A stretch of DNA of 63,009 nt, filler included, from Octopus bimaculoides (taxonomy: Eukaryota): the NCBI RefSeq assembly GCF_001194135.2. It is 6 parts of 5 records of this genome, joined end to end, with 100 filler letters (N's around TTAATTAATTAA, not from the genome) between each part and the next. Parts side by side here need not be neighbours in the genome. Positions count along the whole stretch, not along the records: positions 24,861 to 36,526 come from NC_068982.1; positions 36,627 to 41,031 come from NC_068982.1; 4 more parts are not named here. One strand, given 5' to 3'. Under the pieces are notes generated by a model. It did no database searches and was not told the origin of the DNA. It saw only the letters and a list, made by a program, of their open reading frames with translations. This document shows positions 27,368 to 38,337 of the stretch, piece after piece. Positions within the stretch are counted from its first letter, which is position 1; every line of letters starts with the position of its first letter. The translations under genes and the position numbers were made by a program.

Positions 27368-27404
27368 CTGAACAATAATAATAATAACATCGAAAAATCC
27401 CCAA

Positions 27405-27450
27405 GACACCTGAAGAAGGCTGGAGTGTATAGCAGCCGAAACGTCGTGTT
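27405..27450 (+). ncRNA. Minimal type I hammerhead ribozyme
   Basis: Stem I gacac/gtgtt, core CUGAAGA (27410-27416) plus one extra A, stem II ggctg/cagcc with 10-nt loop, GAAAC (27438-27442), GUC cleavage triplet (27443-27445), loopless stem III with ACGU palindrome. Confidence 0.88.
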
Positions 27451-27993
27451 AACACAACAGACAAGACGAGGACAAATATCCGTCGAATGTAAATAATGTA
27501 AATAATGTACATAATTCGTCATCTCTTAAATATAGAACTATTTTAAGATTAAATAAAAATATAATTAAACTGGGTAGTAGTTCATTTCATAATTATTATA
27601 TTCACTTCGCAATTTGTACAACTTGAAAGTTTCTAAGCTTTTATGATTATAATAGTTGTAATATTTCTACCGCTTACTTTCATATGACAGTGCAGTTCTT
27701 ATAATACTTCACTGGAATTTAAAGTCGATACCAAGGGACTTCAAACTCCAGATATATTCAGCTACTGATGGTGACTACATCATTTTATAATTAGTGAGCG
27801 AATTTTCATGCGTCGAGAACCTACATTTGAAAACATTAGACAGAGTCTGTGTAATATTTCACACCCTTTATCGGCGAAGAGTTTACATCTCTACACTGTA
27901 TTTTTCCTTAGGCATACAGTCACATGTGGGTAATTCAACACTAAATAGATTATACGAGGGGTGCTGACAAGTAATTTAACACTAAATAGATTA

Positions 27994-28189
27994 TGCGAGG
28001 GTTGCTGAAAAGTTCTTGACCTTAAGGGTACCATGAAAGGCCTGGTTTGAGGCCTAACCTTCTGAGCTCATTTAGGGGCATAGAAAAACTGAGGGAATGC
28101 TGCAATACGTGTGTGGATCTGAGAGGAGAAAATGTTGGATAAAATCTTAATTAACCCAAAGCCAGGAACTTTTCAGCACCCACTTCGTA
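27994..28189 (+). mobile_element. Mariner-derived MITE (internal deletion derivative)
   Basis: TIRs t(g)cgagggttgctgaaaagttcttg and ccaggaacttttcagcacccacttcgta. The interior encodes GIEKLRECCNTCVDLRGENVG*, resembling the mariner C-terminus. Confidence 0.85.
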
Positions 28190-30704
28190 GATTGACTATA
28201 TTACATTGTTCTAAGATTGGGTTGCTAGGTGTGTTATCTGGATGTTTATAATTATCACAGCTTGTAATGGTGCTATAATTATGTGAATCGGTATTACTAT
28301 TATTACGTTCACTAAGTGAAGATAAATACTCGTAATTTACCCTATTATCAATGGTATTATTTTTATCTCTACTAGTTGTATTATTATTATTATTATTCTT
28401 CTGTTCTTTAGGTAAATGACTTTTTTCGCAACAGTTATATAGTTAGTTTCACCTATTTCTACGTTGTTTTAATGCTATTTAGAATTCTCAACATCGTTGT
28501 TAATAAGATTATTATCCATACGAGTTGATGTATTATTATTTCTTACACAGTTTTATTTGTTTTGGTGCCTAACTTGAGTTTAGTAAAGGCTAGAGCAAGC
28601 AATATTATCTGATAAGTTAGGGGGTGCAGAGTAAGAAGGTTTAACATTAAAATTATTGAAAATTTGGTGGTATTTAAACCGAGGTGAGAACTTTTCCCTG
28701 ATTATTTAGAAGAAAGCTTTTGAGTAATTTAGTTCCAACATGCAACGAGGAAAGTGGATTAAACTACGCAGTGTTTCTTTTCCTATTTTTTTCTCATTAG
28801 GTTTATTGGCCTGTACGATGTGTGAATTATTAACATCTTTACTAGAATTAGCTCTAACGCTGTAGAGGCCTGTAATGTGATTTCTATTACTATCACACAT
28901 ATAATCTTACATAATTCCTATCTTGGGGGGGGGGGTAATTATACTTTATTCCCTTCTTTTCTACTTAACTTTATTAATATTATTGTTAGTCATACTATGA
29001 CCATTACCGTTATCGATATTAGTAATATCATCCGAAATGTACCTGCTTGTGGATGAGAATTTATTATCACTGCAGGCTCGAGAAATTATATATGTAGTTT
29101 ACAAAAAGATTAATGTACTCAATGTTCTCTTCAGTGAGAAGGGTGTAAAGTCCTATTTATATGTATTTACGTAAAGTAGAAGTACTAGAACTCCCTAACA
29201 TTTTGTGCAGTTAACAACCTTATGGTCAAATGTGTTAAAAGATGAAATACTTTGTAACCGAGAACATAGTGCTGATGTTAAAACCAGTGTAGTAGTAAAC
29301 CCCTATCATCAACAAATATTTTCGAGTAGCCATAAATTTTACCTGATGTACAAAAAGAATAACGTGAAGATGAGCTTTCAGTTTTACGATGGCCATGTCC
29401 AGCGTTATCAGAAATCACAATACAAAAGTTTTGTGATCAGATCAAAAGCAATAAATAAATAATTTAAAGACTACATATTGAACAAATGTTGCCACGTATA
29501 ATACCTTGATAAGCTTCATAGGACTCAGTTTATTACGTCAATCCTATGATAAATCGATATTTGGAAGTAGATATGTCACATGAAAGGCGACATGTGATTA
29601 TAGTAATAACCATGAGGTGGTTATTACAGAATTATCACATCGGAAATTTTGGACAAACCACAAGCGTATAAATGAGTAAAATCTCCCGATTCTGTCTTAG
29701 AGAGAAATCCAGATCAAACGTTACTCCACTTCAGTTTCAACTTGCCAACATATTTATAAGTTTCTCTTGACAAACTTTAAGGCAAATTCTCCTGATACAT
29801 GAGAAATGACAGGTAACATCACAGAGTATGCGAACAGCTGAAGGCACCGATCGCCAATAAACACTTTCAGTTACCATTCGTTATTACGTTTCAACAGCTG
29901 ATGAGTGCAGTCCACGATGTTTCATCGCACGAAGTCTTTAAGTGTATGGGGTCAATATTCCTTTTAAATAAGCACATATACTTTTTAATACATACATACA
30001 TATATACATACATACATGCACAGACATACATACACATATATACACACACATACATACGTATGTATATGTATATGTGTGTATGTATATGTGTGTATATGTG
30101 TGTATGTATATGTGTGTATGTATGTATGTATGCATGCATGTATGTATGTATGCATGTATGTGTGCGTGTGAACGGAAGAGAGTGAAAGAGAGAAGAAATA
30201 AATTGAGATGAGTTACTTATGCCACCCGGTAAAAAAAACAAAAAAAAAACTATTCAAAGCCGTAAATCATCAAAGACTAAGGATACCCTGTTTTAGATGG
30301 AGAAATCGATAAAGTCAAAATAAAACCAAGCAAAAAACAAAATAAAGATGAAGGAAAATTAAAAGATAAAGAAGCGCAAATAAATCCATTTTTAACTCGG
30401 AAAAAAAAGCAGCCAAAAATAAAAGGAAAAATAAGAGCAAAAACAAAATCTGAATAATGGAAGTTAAAAAAAGAATTTCTTCTCTGGAGACTCTGATGAA
30501 GCTACAGAGTTTAAAGCTTCATCAGTTGGCAAGGTTTTTTTGACAGCTTCTCTCCCCCTCTTTCGTTTATTCTCTTCCCTCACCTCTCCATCTCGCTCAT
30601 CAATCTCTCCTCATCCTCCCCACTTTTACCATATTTCATTCCCATTGTTCTTCTAGCATTTTTCGTTTTATTACCTTGTTCATTCCGTTCCACATTCTTT
30701 TATT

Positions 30705-30739
<35 letters not shown>

Positions 30740-31564
30740 CTTTTCCAATTCTATTTTCTTTTCGGTTTTACGTTGTTTTTTTTTTTGCTTAATTTTTCAT
30801 TCCATTTCTAGCTTTTTCTAAACACATTTATTTACTCATAGATACTCTCTCAGCACACACACACATACACACACACACACACACACANNNNNNNNNNNNN
30901 NNNNNNNNNNNNNNNNNNNNNNNNNNNNNNNNNNNNNNNNNNNNNNNNNNNNNNNNNNNNNNNNNNNNNNNNNNNNNNNNNNNNNNNNNNNNNNNNNNNN
31001 NNNNNNNNNNNNNNNNNNNNNNNNNNNNNNNNNNNNNNNNNNNNNNNNNNNNNNNNNNNNNNNNNNNNNNNNNNNNNNNNNNNNNNNNNNNNNNNNNNNN
31101 NNNNNNNNNNNNNNNNNNNNNNNNNNNNNNNNNNNNNNNNNNNNNNNNNNNNNNNNNNNNNNNNNNNNNNNNNNNNNNNNNNNNNNNNNNNNNNNNNNNN
31201 NNNNNNNNNNNNNNNNNNNNNNNNNNNNNNNNNNNNNNNNNNNNNNNNNNNNNNNNNNNNNNNNNNNNNNNNNNNNNNNNNNNNNNNNNNNNNNNNNNNN
31301 NNNNNNNNNNNNNNNNNNNNNNNNNNNNNNNNNNNNNNNNNNNNNNNNNNNNNNNNNNNNNNNNNNNNNNNNNNNNNNNNNNNNNNNNNNNNNNNNNNNN
31401 NNNNNNNNNNNNNNNNNNNNNNNNNNNNNNNNNNNNNNNNNNNNNNNNTATATGTATGTATATACACTCGCGTGTATATACATATATACACATACGCGAG
31501 TGTATATTTATATACATACAGATATATTTATATACAGATACATATATAAATATATACATATAAG

Positions 31565-31595
<31 letters not shown>

Positions 31596-32664
31596 ATAGA
31601 AGCTCTTAGCTTAGACTTTTTGGGGGGCAACCAGATCGGACCGTCTCAAGTGTAACTGCCCAAAATGGTCGTGAGTTCTGGGACTTGACTGATGAAAGAA
31701 AGCCAAGAATGACCCGTCTTTTTTTTTACCTCTCCTTCTAATTGTTGTTTCTCTTGCCCGACTTTGTATCGTCTATCTGTCCGAACGTTTTAATGCCCTC
31801 TATTACGTTTTTGTTCCATTTTTATATTTACACATATATTTAGTGGCGTACGTACACCCTTGTGCTCACCTTATGGAAGGCATGTATCTAAATTTTGTAC
31901 GACTCTTACTCTATCTTTTATTCTCCCTCTCATTTTCCTTCCTTTTTTTCGCTCCCCCTCTCTCACATTTCTTGGCCCTCTCTTTCTTTAACTGCCACAA
32001 TTTCCCACTCGTTTATCTCCCCTGTACCTTTCTCTTTGTCTCTGACTTTTTTCTAATCCTTCAATCCCGCTGTCTCCTACCCATCTCTCCTCATTCCACA
32101 TGACCGGTGTCCGGCCAGCAATGATCTTTCTTTATTGGCCTGACTGCCGGCCGTCAGCACCTCCTGTGTCCATCGCCCATGGTCCTGCCGAATTTGAACT
32201 CAGAACGTAGAGACGGACGAAATGCCGTTCTTCAGTTTTCCGGTGTGTTAACGATATNNNNNNNNNNNNNNNNNNNNNNNNNNNNNNNNNNNNNNNNNNN
32301 NNNNNNNNNNNNNNNNNNNNNNNNNNNNNNNNNNNNNNNNNNNNNNNNNNNNNNNNNNNNNNNNNNNNNNNNNNNNNNNNNNNNNNNNNNNNNNNNNNNN
32401 NNNNNNNNNNNNNNNNNNNNNNNNNNNNNNNNNNNNNNNNNNNNNNNNNNNNNNNNNNNNNNNNNNNNNNNNNNNNNNNNNNNNNNNNNNNNNNNNNNNN
32501 NNNNNNNNNNNNNNNNNNNNNNNNNNNNNNNNNNNNNNNNNNNNNNNNNNNNNNNNNNNNNNNNNNNNNNNNNNNNNNNNNNNNNNNNNNNNNNNNNNNN
32601 NNNNNNNNNNNNNNNNNNNNNNNNNNNNNNNNNNNNNNNNNNNNNNNNNNNNNNNNNNNNNNNN

Positions 32665-33540
32665 ATAGTAAGAGGTCCAGTTTCGTTTTGAAAACACCAA
32701 CATTCACCCCAAGCAGGTCTCTCAGGTCCTTCGGGAGGATATTGAAGAGCTGTGGTCCCCTAAAGTCCAGGATGTTGCAGTATCTTGTCCTATACCTTGA
32801 TGGTAAATTTGTAATTGTGGCTCTCTGTGTGGCTGAGGGCATATCTGAGAGGGCTGTTATGAACAGTAGTGGTCCCAAAACTGTGCGTTGCGTAACACCG
32901 CTCGCTATTTGCCTGTTATTGGAGGTGGCCCCATTGGCTACTACCACCTGACTTCTATCCTTCAGAAAGTCATGCGACCGTTCTTCCAATTTCCCGACTA
33001 TGCCGAGATCATGCAGTTTGTGACATATCATTCCATGATCGACTTAACGAAGGCCTTTTCAAAGTCGAGATATATCACTTCTACATTTGAGTGTTTGAGC
33101 AGCTGTTTCAACACTCAGTCACAGTGTTGTAAGAGCTGAGTCAGGCAGCTTTATCTTGGTCGGAAACCATGTTGGGTGTCAGTCAGCAAGTAATTTTCCT
33201 CAAGGAATGTGATTAGTTTTCTTCTGCCTATTCGTTCCATGACTTTGCTGATGTATGAAGTCAGAGAGATAGGTCTGTAGTTTTTGGCCTCTGATCTGCT
33301 ACCTTCTTTGTGAATAGGGAATATTTTACCCTCCTTAAGCATGCTTGGAAGTTTGCCAGTTGTAAGGAAACTCTGAAAGAGGGACTGCAGTAGTGTTGCT
33401 AGATTCGCTTGCATGCTTTTACAAGGATTGCTGTGAATCCATCAGTGCCAGTAGCTGAGTTCCGGTTCATTTCATCTATAGACATTATTACATCGTCTTT
33501 TTTTATATTGAGCTAATCAATCATTACTGTGTTTTCAGTT
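32665..33540 (-). pseudogene. CR1/Jockey-group LINE ORF2 reverse-transcriptase remnant with internal deletion
   Basis: NSATGTDGFTAILVK; KIFPIHKEGSRSEAKNYRPISLTSYISKVMER; TQHGFRP; IYLDFEKAF; SGVTQRTVLGPLLF; then directly the C-terminal RYRTRYCNILDFRGPQLFNILPKDLRDL. Confidence 0.92.
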
Positions 33541-33608
33541 TATCAAGTATTTAGCGTGAAAACACCTCATAAGGGAAAAATTTATTAATTATTCTCTATA
33601 AATATATC

Positions 33609-33849
33609 TATTTATATTAAGGGCATTACCATACATAAATGCCCCACGCTAGGAGGGACTCTAAAAGTCAAACTACCATAATAAACACATTTTATCGAAA
33701 GCGAGGGAATGCAATTCTCGAAGCGAGCCTGCTAAAATCACACTTAACGGTAATAATAAATACTTAAATGTGTTTATTATGGTAGTTTGACTTTTAGAGT
33801 CCCTCCTAGCTTCAGGCATTTATGTATAGTAATTCCCTTAATATAAATA
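33609..33849. mobile_element. MITE-like element with ~83-bp terminal inverted repeats
   Basis: 33610-33692 versus the reverse complement of 33766-33848 are near-identical, including a perfect ctaggagggactctaaaagtcaaactaccataataaacacattt block; about 73-bp spacer. Confidence 0.9.
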
Positions 33850-33904
33850 AATATAATATAGTATATATCATAAATATCTATATATATGTATATATTATAT
33901 ATAT

Positions 33905-33941
<37 letters not shown>

Positions 33942-36253
33942 NNNNNNNNNNNNNNNNNNNNNNNNNNNNNNNNNNNNNNNNNNNNNNNNNNNNNNNNNNN
34001 NNNNNNNNNNNNNNNNNNNNNNNNNNNNNNNNNNNNNNNNNATTATATATATATATATATATATATATAATTTCACGTGTGTGTATTGGTAGTGTGTGAT
34101 TTGTGCCTGTACTTATTTTCATAGTAACCTTTCCACCTCGTCTTCATGTTGAGGGATACAACGATCGTAGTGGAATTTCCAACAAGTTTAGGAACCAAAA
34201 AACACAGCGTTTTTCAGCAGGCCCTTGTGTTATTTGAGAAAACGAAAACAATACTGAAATGTTTATCGTCTGAATTCTAAACTTTTACACAATTATAGTT
34301 AGGTTTTTTAAATAATCTATATCGATTTATTTAAAACTAACAAATTGTATCTTCGCTATCAGTGATCAATGGAAAAATTTCAGCGCACTAATTATATACT
34401 TTAACATCTTAAGCATAACTCTTCAAATACTGTATATGTAATGAAAGACCTAAACAGCTTATTGATAATAATATTTCTGCTAATACTAGTCATAACTGTC
34501 ACAATTGCCATCAACAAAAGTACTTAACTATTATACCATTCATTTCAATGATGTCTTTCAACAGATCTCATCGAAAATTTACAAACAGCTTGACTGTGCA
34601 ATGCAGTCAATCGAAAATTCGGCATATCGAACACCAGTAGGTTTCAGGGGTCACCGAGAGAGATTGCGTACCATTTTGGGTCTTCCTCTTGACAGCATTA
34701 CAGTGCATCGCCCCCTCCCACTCAATGACGCGAGACTCCGCTTACTGGTTCGACTGACTAGTGTTTACTCTTAAGTTCTTTTTCAGGATCATCACGACCA
34801 TGAAAACTGTGAACTTGCCATATAGACAAACAGGTACCTGCTTCTCACTCACACATCGTCTCTCTAACCAGGTTTCATTAACCCTTTCCAGTCATATTCA
34901 ATGGCTGACTCTCTCGACATTATTTTGCTTTTGATTCTTAAAATTTAATCAAGGTTTTCTTTGTAGCAATAATTTTGTCATATATGAAAATATTACAACT
35001 AACGTACACCATTATTTGTAATATAATAGTCATAGAGATGCTTTGATCTTATATAGCTTATAATTCTTTGAGTTACTGCTCCCTTTATGATATTGATTAC
35101 ATCTAAAAGAAGGTGCTTCTCTTTCATTGATCTTTGGTGATTGTAGTTTTGACCATGAGGAATTAATGTCATCTGACGGTATTCAATTAGCATTGAATGT
35201 TTCGACCCTGAACTATCACATCCTCCCACTGATGGGGTCGGCAGTGGTGGTTAAATATCTGTTCATTATCTCTTGAATTCTAAATTTTCTCCTCTCTCTT
35301 ACTCCATAAGCAGAAAGAAGCTCTGCTGCTTCTTACATCATGCACACAACTGCTTTTTTTTCTTCCTCATATTCCAGTAGCTGTAAGCATTCTTCACATT
35401 GACTGAGCAGGGAATCCTCTACATTGAAACTCGACAGGAGATAGCCATGCCTACTATTTCTTCTCCCTGCTGTAGTTGGAGACACTTTGTAACCACATAT
35501 ATTTACGACAGTTGTAAAATTCAGTTAGATTTAAATTCTGCATTCTTTTTCTAATAAACGGCTTATTAAAGAGTAATATTTCTCCGAGAAACTCCCTTAA
35601 CATATATATGACAGCCATTACTTCACCTCACTCACTTACTCAACTGTTTCACGTACAATTTCAATTATTTTCTTGAATGCATGCAATCACATTATAATAC
35701 CAAATAACGTCTGCAACTTTTATAACCACTCAAAATCGGCTGATTTCCTTCTATACAATAAATTGCTGTATGTATTACTTTTTCAGAAACTATTTCTTCT
35801 AATTTGCTCCATTATTTAAAAGATAACAGATGTTGGGGCATCTTTACCATCTAATAGCTGGTAAAGATGCCCCACTGAGCGACTTCCTCCTTTATCAAGT
35901 TAAGTTATAGAGGAAGCCACTACTTTTAACGATACATACTGTTACAATCGTCTTAAATTGCAGCATTATTCAATTTCTTGTGCTTCTACTTCTACTTTTA
36001 CTTCCAACTCAAGAAGATTTCTTTAAACGTATGCTTAATAATAATTTCTATCTTTACATATCTTTCATTCTGATTTCGCCTACAGCTTTATAACTTAATA
36101 CATTACGGAGACTCCATCACTATTTTTCTTAGAATCTTTTTTCCCAATACAAAATGTAGTAAGCGCACACACTACATACATACACAATACATGCATGCAT
36201 ACATACATACATACATACATATGTATACACACAACTATATATACATACACCCA

Positions 36254-36327
<74 letters not shown>

Positions 36328-36639
36328 GATATGTACACATGCTTTCACACACACCACATGCACACACAAACCAGACAAACACACATACACACTCACACAC
36401 ACACTTTATTTATGGTTAACAAGGCTTCCGATGGTTTCTTGTAAAGAGAGATTTCTTTACAATTTTCAAGCCTACCGCACGTTGAACACTCATTCGCACT
36501 GTTTGATATTAGCGTGTATATATATANNNNNNNNNNNNNNNNNNNNNNNNNNNNNNNNNNNNNNNNNNNNTTAATTAATTAANNNNNNNNNNNNNNNNNN
36601 NNNNNNNNNNNNNNNNNNNNNNNNNNGAGGACGTCGTCG

Positions 36640-37235
36640 CACTTACCCGCCACTATCTTTTTATCTCAGGTTTTGTTGAAACTCCTGGAGTCTTGCATGC
36701 GTAGAGGGCTTGCTGCCTGCAGCCTACGGGACCGTGCGATTTATTTTTTTCAACTATTTAAAACTTTCCTGATTATTCTGACCGTGCCAAGAAGGCAAAC
36801 CTTTTATAACAGTTCTACTGGGCACTCTATTCCGATTTCCTTTATATTCCTCTTGATGCTTTCTCTTACTGTCCCCAAGGACCCAACAATAATTGGCACT
36901 ATCTTCACCTTCTCCATTTTCGTACTTAAGATTATCTGTCTCGTACTTAAGATGATTGTGTTTATCTACTTTTTCTCCTTCCTTCTTGACTATTCGTGGG
37001 TCAAAGGGGCACGCAACATTAACCATATATCACATGCGGTGCATCTTATCCAGCACCACTAGGTCCGGTTTGTTATGCTCTAGCACCTAGTCTGTTTGGA
37101 TTGGGAAATCCCAGAGGATTTTGCAGGTCCCTGACTCCACCACTCTCAGCGGTTTGTGCTCATACAACCTCTTGCCTCTCTCTAATCCCCATTTTACGCA
37201 CAGTTTCCAATGTAGCACTTTCGGTAACTCACCGT
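36640..37235 (-). pseudogene. R4/Dong-like LINE C-terminal RLE domain remnant plus 3' UTR
   Basis: KVLHWKLCVKWGL...LYEHKPLRVVESGTCKILWDFPIQTD*VLEHNKPDLVVLDK...VNVACPFDPRIVKKEGEKVDK..LKYE, frameshift, KIVPIIVGSLGTV...LL*KVCLLGTVRIIRKVLNS*. Confidence 0.92.
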
Positions 37236-37358
37236 GTCACCACGACTAGTAGTGGTTATTATCATTATAATGCATGCCTTCAAAGTTACCCTGGGGTACA
37301 AATATGCGAAGCCCAATATACCCATCATGACTACCTGCTGATAAGGGTACATCAGGCA

Positions 37359-37524
37359 CATGACCAGCTCAAGGCACCGGCAACTCGGGCAGTCGCCTGG
37401 GGCCCCATGTGCTAGGGGACGCCAAGGAGGGTGTGATAAAGACAAGGAAATTTCCACGACCGTCAGCTTGTACACGTCGAATTTCAGCTTGCTCGGGGCG
37501 CCAGCAACCCTAGGGCCGGCCCTG
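37359..37524. mobile_element. hAT-like MITE with 8-bp target site duplication ATCAGGCA
   Basis: atcaggca at 37351-37358 and 37525-37532. Right TIR ccctagggccggccctg; degenerate left TIR catgaccagctcaagg; GC-rich interior. Confidence 0.7.
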
Positions 37525-38116
37525 ATCAGGCACATGCATCACAACCATATGTGCGCGACATGGTGATCTCATATCAAAATAAACAGCGCATGACCTTGCA
37601 AGTAGGGCCCAGTTAGAATTTTCTTCAGGTCGAGTAGCCCATCCGCTCGAAAGGTCCTTGAATAAGGGTTGTTTAAAAATGTTGAACGAAACACCCATGT
37701 TTCCAGAAGTGAATTATTCAAACTCCAAAGAATTCCTCTCAACACATGGCTATGATGCTCCCCCATTACTCGGGTTTTGAAGAATTGTATGATTTAAAAT
37801 TACCAAGGTTATAGTGTTGTCTGTCTTAGTTATCCTCAGATGATTATGTTGTTTAGTCCCAGGTTGACTCTGATAGGAAATGCTTATGATCAGGAGAGTA
37901 TCTCAACTGTAGCCCTTATAGATATAATGTAGGATTATATAATACGTTCTTTACTTATTTAAAACAAAAAATGTGATATGACGGATATTAGGCGTTTATT
38001 TCAAGCAAGCAAACCGACCATCTAGAAACTCTCTTGTTTATATGTTTGTTATTACGTCTCCTGACGTAAATATTGAAGTCTCTTTATATGCAACATTAAT
38101 ATTTTGGTGTCAAGTA

Positions 38117-38337
38117 AGGCGGCGAGCTGGCAGAATCGTTAACACGCCGGGCGAAATGCTTAGCAGCATTTCGTCCGTCTTCACGTTCTGAGTTCAGATT
38201 CTGCTGAGGTCGACTTTGTCTTTCATCCTTTCGAGGTCAATAAAATAAGTACCAGTTGAGCACTGGGGTCGATGTAATCGACTTGATTCTTTTTCTGATA
38301 TTGCTGGCCTTGTGTCTAAATTTGAAATCAATATTTC
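38117..38337 (+). mobile_element. Full-length Meta-type tRNA-SINE
   Basis: aggcggcgagctggcagaatcgttaac...ttctgagttcagattc...Meta block...tttgaaatcaatatt; possible ggtgtca TSD (38106-38112 and 38338-38344). Confidence 0.92.

Larger units (their letters stand above)
26879..27540 (+). mobile_element. 5'-truncated Penelope-like element with inverted 5' copy of its 3' terminus
   Basis: GIY-YIG remnant, hammerhead motif, and 26879-26942 is the reverse complement of about 27446-27509. Confidence 0.9.

Noticed and set aside
31680-31720. Hammerhead at CTGATGA aa GAAA
   Set aside because: No stem II between the core halves and no stem III or cleavage triplet.
35200-35450. Decayed LINE ORF2 linker (LLSQCEECLQLLEYEEEKKAV) on the minus strand
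   Set aside because: Only a vague resemblance; no diagnostic motif.
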